From Thermoanaerobaculaceae bacterium (lineage in GTDB: Bacteria > Acidobacteriota > Thermoanaerobaculia > Thermoanaerobaculales > Thermoanaerobaculaceae), in contig DATIYW010000113.1 in the NCBI GenBank assembly GCA_035517415.1, positions 1-11,082 of the forward strand: a stretch of 11,082 nt of DNA. The letters are read 5' to 3'. The position numbers were made by a program, and so were the translations under genes. The notes under the pieces are model-generated. The model searched no databases. It saw only the letters and a program-made list of their open reading frames with translations, and had not been told where the DNA came from. Positions 1 to 5,837 of this stretch are shown here, in pieces. Position 1 is the stretch's first letter. Each line of letters opens with the position of its first letter.

Positions 1-1
1 G

Positions 2-133
2 GAGACGGGTTTCTTGCGGGATTTACTCTTTGTTCGGAGCGGTCATCCCGTCGAATTCGAGGTTCTGGCCGCGGCCGACGTTGGGAAGGTGCCGAGAGCG
101 TGGCGAACGATCCGGCTAGTGCCGCAGCGCTAG
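2..133 (+). CDS. Possible 3' end of an upstream gene-cassette ORF (partial, runs off the left edge)
   Basis: Frame 2 is open from the window edge for 43 codons (…ETGFLRDLLFVRSGHPVEFEVLAAADVGKVPRAWRTIRLVPQR*). The TAG at 131-133 lies 8 bp before the attC-like inverse core at 141-147, the same stop-then-attC arrangement seen for the VOC ORF. Codons are visibly AT-richer (tta, ttt, gat, cat) than the backbone. No homology recognised. Confidence 0.3.
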   Translation, partial: ETGFLRDLLFVRSGHPVEFEVLAAADVGKVPRAWRTIRLVPQR

Positions 134-140
134 GGGGGTT

Positions 141-238
141 GCCTAACATGCCGTTGCAGCCGTCCCACTCGGCTGTCACGCCGCTTGCGTGCGCTACAGG
201 CGCGCCAGCCAGCGGGCGGCTGAATGGCGGCGTTGGGC
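141..238 (+). other. attC-like recombination site (integron cassette-associated), copy 1
   Basis: GCCTAAC (141-147) fits the inverse core RYYYAAC, and GTTGGGC (232-238) fits the core GTTRRRY. The two are near-complementary (GTTAGGC vs GTTGGGC). The outer ~22 bp arms are imperfect inverted repeats with unpaired bases, GCCTAACATGCCGTTGCAGCCG versus the reverse complement of CGGCTGAATGGCGGCGTTGGGC. Total length of 98 bp is within the attC range. It sits between an ORF stop (131-133) and the next ORF start (282). Confidence 0.55.
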
Positions 239-281
239 AGCGTAGGGCGTCAGTCACAAACGTAGAGGCGAGAGGAAGAAG

Positions 282-710
282 ATGAGCAAGAAAGCAGAAG
301 GAGAGTTCAAGGTCCTATTTGTCGCTGGGTTCGGTCCCATTGTCCAAGACATCCCCAGCTCCCACAAGTTCTATGTGGATGCTCTCGGCTTGTCCTTCCA
401 GAAGGAGGCGGGAGACTATCTACACACAGAGAAATTGGAAGGCGCCATGACTTTTGCTCTCTGGCCGCTTTCGCAGGCAGCACAATCCTGTTTTGGGTCA
501 GAGATCTGGCCATCGGACCTTCCGGCACCTCAAGCATGGCTGGAGTTCGACGTTGATGACATTGAGCGGGCCAGCACAGAACTACAGAGAAGTGGATATA
601 GGTTGTTGTCGAGAGCACAGAAAGAGCCGTGGGGACAGATTGTTACTCGTTTGCTCAGTCCCGAGGGCATATTGGTCGCGGTCACTGTTACGCCGGCGAT
701 GCGCAGATAG
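282..710 (+). CDS. VOC (glyoxalase/bleomycin-resistance/dioxygenase) family protein; probable integron cassette ORF
   Basis: 142-aa ORF with a VOC-like C-terminal motif (FDVDDIERASTELQRSGYRLLSRAQKEPWGQIVTRLLSPEGILVAVT). An AG-rich SD, gagaggaagaag, lies just upstream of the ATG. GC is markedly lower than neighbouring genes, with many A/T-ending codons. It is flanked by attC-like repeats, and its stop at 708-710 is ~15 bp before copy 2. Confidence 0.8.
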   Translation: MSKKAEGEFKVLFVAGFGPIVQDIPSSHKFYVDALGLSFQKEAGDYLHTEKLEGAMTFALWPLSQAAQSCFGSEIWPSDLPAPQAWLEFDVDDIERASTELQRSGYRLLSRAQKEPWGQIVTRLLSPEGILVAVTVTPAMRR

Positions 711-724
711 TCACTATGTCGGGC

Positions 725-815
725 GCCTAGCCAGCGCTTGCAGCCATTCCACTTGGCTGTCACGCCGCGTGCGTGCGCAACCCGCGCGCTGACCGGCGGC
801 GGTGCGACGGGCAAC
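725..815 (+). other. attC-like site, copy 2 (degenerate; probable terminal attC of the array)
   Basis: It is an imperfect direct repeat of 141-238: GCCTAGC…GCTTGCAGCC…CCACTTGGCTGTCACGCCGCGTGCGTGCGC…GGCGGCGG…GGGC. The inverse core has one mismatch (GCCTAGC). The core-site region reads GGTGCGACGGGC, so GTT has become GGT with a ~5 bp insertion. The end coordinate is approximate. Confidence 0.4.
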
Positions 816-944
816 GGCGGGCGAGACGATGACCCACGCTGAGGGCCGCACTCCGGTTCTCCGAGAGGCCCTCGCCACCTGTCGGGAGCCGGCACGGCGT
901 GGCGATCCGGCGGCGAGGAGCGGGCGAGTCGGCTGGACCGTCCC

Positions 945-1928
945 TCAGTCGTGCGCGCCGGCGCCCCGGAGCGCTGCCTCGATCTCCTTCTTGCTGAAGA
1001 TCTTCGCGAACATCAGCGGGGTCGCGCCGCCGGGCGCCTTGGTGTTGACGTTGGCGCCCGCCTTGATCAGCACGTTGACGATCTCGACCCCGGTGCAGTG
1101 CTGCGCGGCGGCGAGCAGCGGCGTGATGCCGTTCTTCGCGCCAGCATCGACCTTGGCGCCCGCCGCGAGCAGCGCCTTCGTCATCTCCAGCGCCTCGGCC
1201 TCGTGCTGGTAGGCGCACTGCGTGACCGCGGAGGCGAGGGGCTGCTGGTCGGAAGGTCCCGGCTGGTTCGGCGACATGCCGAGCTTGAGGAAGAGGCCGA
1301 CCGCCTCGACGTTGGAGTCGCTCACCGCGTGCATGAACATCTCCGGGTTGTACTCGTAGCCGAGCTTGCCGAGCCGCACCTTCATCTGCGTCTTGGGGTC
1401 GCCCGGCGCGGCCTCCGCGGCGGCGGCCGGCTCCTCCGCCTCGGGCTCCAGCTCGAGCGTGCCGCCCGGCTGGATCGCGGCCTTCACCTTCGCCTGGAAG
1501 AACCAGCTCTGGCCCAGCATCTTGGACTGTATCGAGCCCTCGAACCGTGCCCCGTCGTAGCGCTCGAGGTCGATCGACGGGTGCTCGACGCCGCGCTTGC
1601 CGCTGTCCGGCAGTCCCAGCGCGTACGGCACCGCGACGACGCGGTCGAGGCCCTCCGCCCAGAGGACGCGCACGGCGCGCAGCTTGCCCGCCGCGGCCAG
1701 CTCGGCGAGGCGCGCCGGGGTGCGGTCGCCGGGCGCGACCGGCGCATCGCTGGCAAGCACGACCAGCCACGACTCCGACGGCGTGTCGGGGTCCGCCTGC
1801 TTGGAGACCGCGACGCTCTTGAGCGCGATCGGCTTGCCGTTGACGGTCAGGGTGCCGACCACCGAGTCGGCGGCCAGCGTGGCGGTGGCGAAGAGGCCGG
1901 CGATGACTGCAGCCCACAGGTGTCTCAT
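945..1928 (-). CDS. Secreted ankyrin-repeat protein
   Basis: ATG at 1928 (MRHLWAAVIAGLFATATLAADS…) is preceded by GGAGGA, and the N-terminus is signal-peptide-like. The C-terminus carries two clear ANK repeats (NGITPLLAAAQHCTGVEIVNVLIKAGANVN; GGATPLMFAKIFSKKEIEAALRGAGA). The track ORF begins 4 codons earlier, but that ATG overlaps the SD. The ~200-aa N-terminal region is unassigned. Confidence 0.75.
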   Translation of the reverse strand: MRHLWAAVIAGLFATATLAADSVVGTLTVNGKPIALKSVAVSKQADPDTPSESWLVVLASDAPVAPGDRTPARLAELAAAGKLRAVRVLWAEGLDRVVAVPYALGLPDSGKRGVEHPSIDLERYDGARFEGSIQSKMLGQSWFFQAKVKAAIQPGGTLELEPEAEEPAAAAEAAPGDPKTQMKVRLGKLGYEYNPEMFMHAVSDSNVEAVGLFLKLGMSPNQPGPSDQQPLASAVTQCAYQHEAEALEMTKALLAAGAKVDAGAKNGITPLLAAAQHCTGVEIVNVLIKAGANVNTKAPGGATPLMFAKIFSKKEIEAALRGAGAHD

Positions 1929-2000
1929 CGGTTCCTCCATCCGGGACGCGGGTTCGCGGCGCGTGACCGGAATTCTAGCGCAGGCGCCGCGCCGACGGCG

Positions 2001-3725
2001 TCACGACGGGAGGCGGCCGGCGCGGTAGGGGTAGAAGCGCGGCGTCCACTGCGCGCGGCGGATCAGCGCCGCCAGGCCGTCGTCGTCGAGGAGGCGCCCG
2101 AGGCCCGCCCGCCGCGCCTCGATCGCCACCGCCCGCGCGACCGTGAACGCGACCTCGCCGATCGACTCCATGCGCGGCAGCAGCAGGCCTTGGGCGAGCT
2201 CCTGCGGCGTGACCATCGCTGCGAGCGCCTTGGCGCCCTCGACGAACATGCGGTCGGTGATGCGCGCGGCGCGCGAGACCAGCGCGCCGAGGCCCACGCC
2301 CGGGAACATGTAGAGGTTGTTGCACTGCGAGATCGCGATGCGGCGGTCGTCCCACGGCACCGGGTCGAACGGGCTCCCGGTCGCCACCAGCGCGCGGCCG
2401 CCGCTGGCGCGCAGCGCTTCGAACGGCGTGCACTCGGAGCGGTCGGTCGGGTTGGAGAGCGCGAGGATCGCCGGGCGCGGGTCGTTGGCGGCCATCTGCT
2501 GGAGGATCTCCGCGTCGAAAAGCCCGCGCATCGCGGTGTAGCCGATCAGCGCGGTGGCGCGCGCGTTGCGCACGACGTCGGCGAGAGCGATCCGGTCCGG
2601 CGCGGCGAGCTTCCAGGTCGCGACGACGCCGCGTGGCTGGGCGAACGGCCGCTGCGCCTGCTCGAGCGCCGGGTCGCCCTCGACCAGCAGCCCCTGCCGG
2701 TCGACGGCGAAGATGCGCCGCCGCGCCTCCTCGTCGGGCAGCCCGTCCTCGACGAGGATGGCGCGCAGCGCCTCCGCAGTGCCGATCCCGGCCTGGCCCA
2801 TGCCGGCGATGACGAAGCTCTGCTCGGCGAACCGGCTGCCCTTGATCCGCATCGCCGCCAGCAGCGCGGCGCAGGCGGTGGCTCCGGTGCCCTGGATGTC
2901 GTCGTCGAACGAGAGCACGCGCTCGCGGTAGCGCGCGAGCAGGCGGAACGCCTTGTCCTTGGCGAAGTCCTCCCACTGCACCAGCGCGTCGGGGAAGTTG
3001 CGCTTGACGCCGAGCACGAAGCGCTCGACGAAGCGGTCGTACTCGTCGCCGGTCAGGCGCGGCCGGCGGGTGCCGAGGTAGAGCGGGTCGGCGAGCAGGC
3101 GCTCGTTGTTGGTGCCGACGTCGAGGCAGACCGGCAGGCAGACCGCCGGGTGGATGCCGCCGGCGGCGACGTAGAGGCTGACCTTGCCGACCGGGATCCC
3201 CATGCCGTCGGCGCCGAGGTCGCCGAGGCCGAGGATGCGCTCGCCGTCAGTGACCACCATCAGCCTCACCTCCGGCGCGGGGAGGCTCTGGAGGATCCTG
3301 TCGATGTTGGCGATGTTTTCCGGGTGGAAGTAGATCCCGCGCGGGCGCCGCATGATGCGCGAGAGCAGCATGCAGGCCTGGCCGACCGTCGGGGTGTAGA
3401 CGATCGGCAGCATCTCGGTGAGGTTCTCGGCGAGGACCTGGTAGAACAGCGTCTCGTTGCGGTTGAGCAGGCCGAGCAGGTAGAGGTAGCGCTCGAGGTC
3501 GTCGGGCTTGCGGCGGTACGACTCGAGCGCGCGCGCCGCCTGCTCCTCGATGTTCGAGACGCCGGGGGGGAGCAGGCCGGAGAGCTCGAGCGAGGTGCGC
3601 TCCTCGAGCGTGAACTGCGAGCCCTTGTTGAGCAGCGGGTCGGCGATCAGCTGCTGGCCGCGCAGGTAGACCTCGTAGTACTCCTCGCCGGTCAGCGGAT
3701 CGATCTTGAACGAGAAGCTCTTCAT
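2001..3725 (-). CDS. maeA: NAD(P)-dependent malic enzyme (malate dehydrogenase, oxaloacetate-decarboxylating)
   Basis: It starts MKSFSFKIDPLTGEEYYEVYLRGQQLIADPLLNKGSQFTLEER…, the malic-enzyme N-terminal domain. The nucleotide-binding GAGxAG-like motif (VIAGMGQAGIGTAEAL) and the rest of the fold are recognisable throughout. ATG at 3725 is preceded by a G-rich SD. The 43 upstream codons in the track ORF are Arg/Ser-rich and judged non-coding. Confidence 0.85.
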   Translation of the reverse strand: MKSFSFKIDPLTGEEYYEVYLRGQQLIADPLLNKGSQFTLEERTSLELSGLLPPGVSNIEEQAARALESYRRKPDDLERYLYLLGLLNRNETLFYQVLAENLTEMLPIVYTPTVGQACMLLSRIMRRPRGIYFHPENIANIDRILQSLPAPEVRLMVVTDGERILGLGDLGADGMGIPVGKVSLYVAAGGIHPAVCLPVCLDVGTNNERLLADPLYLGTRRPRLTGDEYDRFVERFVLGVKRNFPDALVQWEDFAKDKAFRLLARYRERVLSFDDDIQGTGATACAALLAAMRIKGSRFAEQSFVIAGMGQAGIGTAEALRAILVEDGLPDEEARRRIFAVDRQGLLVEGDPALEQAQRPFAQPRGVVATWKLAAPDRIALADVVRNARATALIGYTAMRGLFDAEILQQMAANDPRPAILALSNPTDRSECTPFEALRASGGRALVATGSPFDPVPWDDRRIAISQCNNLYMFPGVGLGALVSRAARITDRMFVEGAKALAAMVTPQELAQGLLLPRMESIGEVAFTVARAVAIEARRAGLGRLLDDDGLAALIRRAQWTPRFYPYRAGRLPS

Positions 3726-3755
3726 GACGCCCCCCCGGAACTCCGTCAGCCTGCG

Positions 3756-3769
3756 TCGCGATCGCGACC
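3756..3769. promoter_or_regulatory. 14-bp perfect palindrome GTCGCGATCGCGAC; candidate operator in a divergent promoter region
   Basis: It is a perfect inverted repeat, read directly. It lies ~30 bp upstream of the malic enzyme start and ~65 bp upstream of the DUF1697 start. An extra half-site TCGCGAC sits at 3782-3788. A -10-like TATGAT at 3799-3804 is positioned for the + strand cluster. Confidence 0.45.
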
Positions 3770-3835
3770 AGCATACTCGCTCGCGACCGGCGCTCGGGTA
3801 TGATCCGCGTCGCAAGCCAGGAAGGGAACGCGGCA

Positions 3836-4378
3836 ATGACGAGGTGCGTCGCACTCCTCCGTGCTGTCAACGTCGGCGGCCGCAAGCCGGTCGCGATGGC
3901 CGACCTGCGCCGGCTCGCCTCGGACCTTGGCTTCGCCGAGCCGCAGACCCTGCTCCAGAGCGGCAATCTCGTCTTCACCTGCGGCGACGGCGAGCTGCCC
4001 CACGCCGAGCGCCGCCTGGAGCGCGAGGCCGCGGAGCGCCTCGGCCTGACCACGGAGGTGTTCCTTCGCACCGCGGCGGACCTCGACCGGGTGATCGCGC
4101 GCAACCCGTTCCCCGAGCAGGCGGCAGGCGATCCCGCCCGCCTCCACGTCGTGTTCCTGCGGCGCGCGCCCGACCGGGCCGGCGTCGAGTCGCTGCGAGC
4201 GGCGATCACCGGCCGGGAGGTGGTCGCGTACGGAGGCCGCGAACTCTACGCCGTCTACCCCGAGGGCGCCGGTCGTTCGCGCCTGACGCTGCCGCTGATC
4301 GAGCGGCGCCTCGGCGCGCACGGCACCGCGCGCAACTGGAACACCGTCCTCCGCCTCGCGGCCGCGGTGCGGTCCTGA
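3836..4378 (+). CDS. DUF1697 family protein
   Basis: MTRCVALLRAVNVGGRKPVAMADLRRLASDLGFAEPQTLLQSGNLVF… matches the characteristic DUF1697 N-terminus (LLRGINVGG…V.MA.LR…LGF..V.T.IQSGNV.F). ATG at 3836 has GAAGGGAA 7 nt upstream. The earlier ATG at 3800 in the track lacks an SD. Confidence 0.75.
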   Translation: MTRCVALLRAVNVGGRKPVAMADLRRLASDLGFAEPQTLLQSGNLVFTCGDGELPHAERRLEREAAERLGLTTEVFLRTAADLDRVIARNPFPEQAAGDPARLHVVFLRRAPDRAGVESLRAAITGREVVAYGGRELYAVYPEGAGRSRLTLPLIERRLGAHGTARNWNTVLRLAAAVRS

Positions 4379-4398
4379 CCGGCCGGCGCCAAACGGCT

Positions 4399-4953
4399 AT
4401 GATCTCGACGCGGCGACCGATGACGGCGAGCGATCCGACCCCGAGTGGGGCGGCGATCCGTTGGCCGGCGGCGTTCGAGCCGAGCCGCAGCCCGGTCCAC
4501 GTCCGCAACCAGATCGAGATCGCGGCGAGCGCGGAGCGCGTGTGGGCCTGGCTCGTGCGCGCCGAGCGCTGGCCCGAGTGGTACGCCAACTCGCGCGACG
4601 TGCGCTTCCTCGCCGGGCGGCCGCCCGACCTCGCGCCCGGCGCGCGTTTCCGCTGGCGCACGTTCGGCGTGCGGATCTCCTCGCGCGTGCTCGAGTTCGA
4701 GCCTCCGCACCGGCTCGCGTGGGACGCCCGCGGCGTCGGCGTGCGCGCGTACCACGCCTGGCTGCTGGAGGAATCGTCGGGCGGCTGCCGCGTTCTCACC
4801 GAGGAGACGCAGCGCGGGTGGGTGGCTCGCCTCGGCGCGCGGCTGATGCCCGCGCGGATGTGGCGGGGACACCAGCTCTGGCTCGAGTCGCTGCGCGATC
4901 GCGCGCCGGCGGACGCGCCCGACCGGGTCGAGCCTCCCGGTCCGATCGGATAG
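4399..4953 (+). CDS. SRPBCC (Bet v1-like / polyketide cyclase-dehydrase-like) family protein
   Basis: The C-terminal part of the long track ORF 3706..4953 carries the SRPBCC-like core (HVRNQIEIAASAERVWAWLVRAERWPEWY…RFRWRTFGVRISSRVLEFEPPHRLAWD…). The start is uncertain: ATG at 4399 or 4420, both with weak SD. Everything upstream of ~4399 in that frame overlaps DUF1697 in another frame and is rejected. Confidence 0.6.
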   Translation: MISTRRPMTASDPTPSGAAIRWPAAFEPSRSPVHVRNQIEIAASAERVWAWLVRAERWPEWYANSRDVRFLAGRPPDLAPGARFRWRTFGVRISSRVLEFEPPHRLAWDARGVGVRAYHAWLLEESSGGCRVLTEETQRGWVARLGARLMPARMWRGHQLWLESLRDRAPADAPDRVEPPGPIG

Positions 4954-4961
4954 GAGGCGCC

Positions 4962-5333
4962 GTGGAACAACTGGAGCATCCGGAGCACTCGCAAGCGCGG
5001 CGGTCCTGGCATCTCGCCGGGCACATGGTGTCGCGCGGCTACGCGCTGCTGCCGCTGGCGCTCGGCACGCTCGCGGCGGGGATGGCGATCTACCACTGGG
5101 TCGAGGGGCTGGCCTGGCCCGACGCGTTTCTCAACGCGGCGATGCTGCTCGGCGGGATGGGGCCGGTCGACCAGCTCCACACCACCGCCGGCAAGTGGCT
5201 GGCGGGCTTCTATGCGCTGTTCGCCGGCGTCGTTTTCCTCGTCCTCGCCGGCGTGATGCTCGCCCCGGTGCTCCACCACGTGCTGCAGCGGTTCCACCTC
5301 GAGACGGCGGAGAAGGGCGCCCGGAAGGGATGA
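4962..5333 (+). CDS. Small hypothetical membrane protein (two predicted TM helices)
   Basis: GTG at 4962 follows AGGAGG (4952-4957), which overlaps the upstream TAG stop (4951-4953), suggesting translational coupling. Hydrophobic segments are ALLPLALGTLAAGMAIYHW and WLAGFYALFAGVVFLVLAGVMLAPVL. The alternative ATG at 5025 has no SD. No family recognised. Confidence 0.5.
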   Translation: MEQLEHPEHSQARRSWHLAGHMVSRGYALLPLALGTLAAGMAIYHWVEGLAWPDAFLNAAMLLGGMGPVDQLHTTAGKWLAGFYALFAGVVFLVLAGVMLAPVLHHVLQRFHLETAEKGARKG

Positions 5334-5379
5334 GCGCTCGGCGCCGGCGCGAGCCCGCTCGCCCCGTTGGCGGCCGCCG

Positions 5380-5817
5380 TTGAGGCTCTGGACGCTCCAT
5401 CCGCGCTACCTCGACGCGCGCGGCCTGACCGCGGTGTGGCGCGAGGCGCTGCTGGCGCAACGGGTGCTGCAGGGCCTCACCCGCGGATACCGCTCGCACC
5501 CCCAGCTCGAGCGCTTTCGCGCGCAGCCCGACCCGGTCGCCGCGATCGCGGCATACCTCGTCGGCGTGCTCGAGGAGGCGACCGCGCGCGGGTACCGCTT
5601 CGACGCCGCCAGGGTCGTGGCGCCGCCGTCGCGCCGGCGGATCGACGAGACCGAGGGCCAGCTGCGCCTCGAGTGGCGGCACCTGCTGGCCAAGCTCGCG
5701 GTCCGGGCGCCGGAACTGGCTGACCGCTTCCGCCGCGTCGACCTGCCCGAGGCTCACCCGCTCTTCCGCATCGTCCCAGGGGAGCGCCGCGAGTGGGAGC
5801 GCGCGCCGGCGAACTAA
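5380..5817 (+). CDS. Pyrimidine dimer DNA glycosylase-like (Pyr_excise family-like) protein
   Basis: The N-terminus MRLWTLHPRYLDARGLTAVWREALLAQRVLQGLTRGYRSHPQLERF matches my recollection of the conserved MRLWSLHP.YLD..GL.A.WREALLAQ start of bacterial proteins annotated as pyrimidine-dimer DNA glycosylase. The ORF uses a TTG start with no clear SD. Family membership is from memory and needs a profile search. Confidence 0.5.
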   Translation: MRLWTLHPRYLDARGLTAVWREALLAQRVLQGLTRGYRSHPQLERFRAQPDPVAAIAAYLVGVLEEATARGYRFDAARVVAPPSRRRIDETEGQLRLEWRHLLAKLAVRAPELADRFRRVDLPEAHPLFRIVPGERREWERAPAN

Positions 5818-5837
5818 AATCGGCGCGGGAGGGGACG

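Noticed and set aside
100-285. 61-aa + ORF (MANDPASAAALGG…)
   Set aside because: It lies entirely over the attC-like repeat. Its composition mirrors the repeat sequence rather than a protein.
141-815. Possibility that the two ~95-bp repeats are a CRISPR array
   Set aside because: There are only two copies, ~580 bp apart. They are far longer than CRISPR repeats, imperfect, and flank an ORF rather than short spacers.
760-1917. 385-aa - strand ORF overlapping the ankyrin gene in another frame
   Set aside because: The product is an R/G/A/P-rich frame artefact. The same strand's alternative frame encodes the signal-peptide and ANK-repeat protein with a good SD.
1975-2976. 333-aa - strand ORF and the 74-aa and 125-aa + ORFs inside the malic enzyme region
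   Set aside because: Alternate-frame or antisense artefacts within a well-supported malic enzyme CDS.
951-3803. 950-aa + strand ORF spanning the ankyrin and malic enzyme loci
   Set aside because: It is antisense to two genes with clear domain signatures. The product is Arg/Ala/Gly/Leu/Asp-rich low complexity with no recognisable motif. This is the classic high-GC antisense open frame.
3706-4398. N-terminal 230 codons of the 415-aa + ORF (and the 320-aa and 191-aa - ORFs across 3247-4321)
   Set aside because: This part overlaps the DUF1697 gene in a different frame and is Arg/Pro/Gly-rich. Only the C-terminal SRPBCC-like part (from ~4399) shows a real domain signal.
4206-5297. 363-aa and 205-aa - strand ORFs, plus 4445-4846 and 4461-4961 + frames
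   Set aside because: They are antisense or alternate frames over the SRPBCC and membrane-protein genes, with low-complexity R/A/G/P composition.
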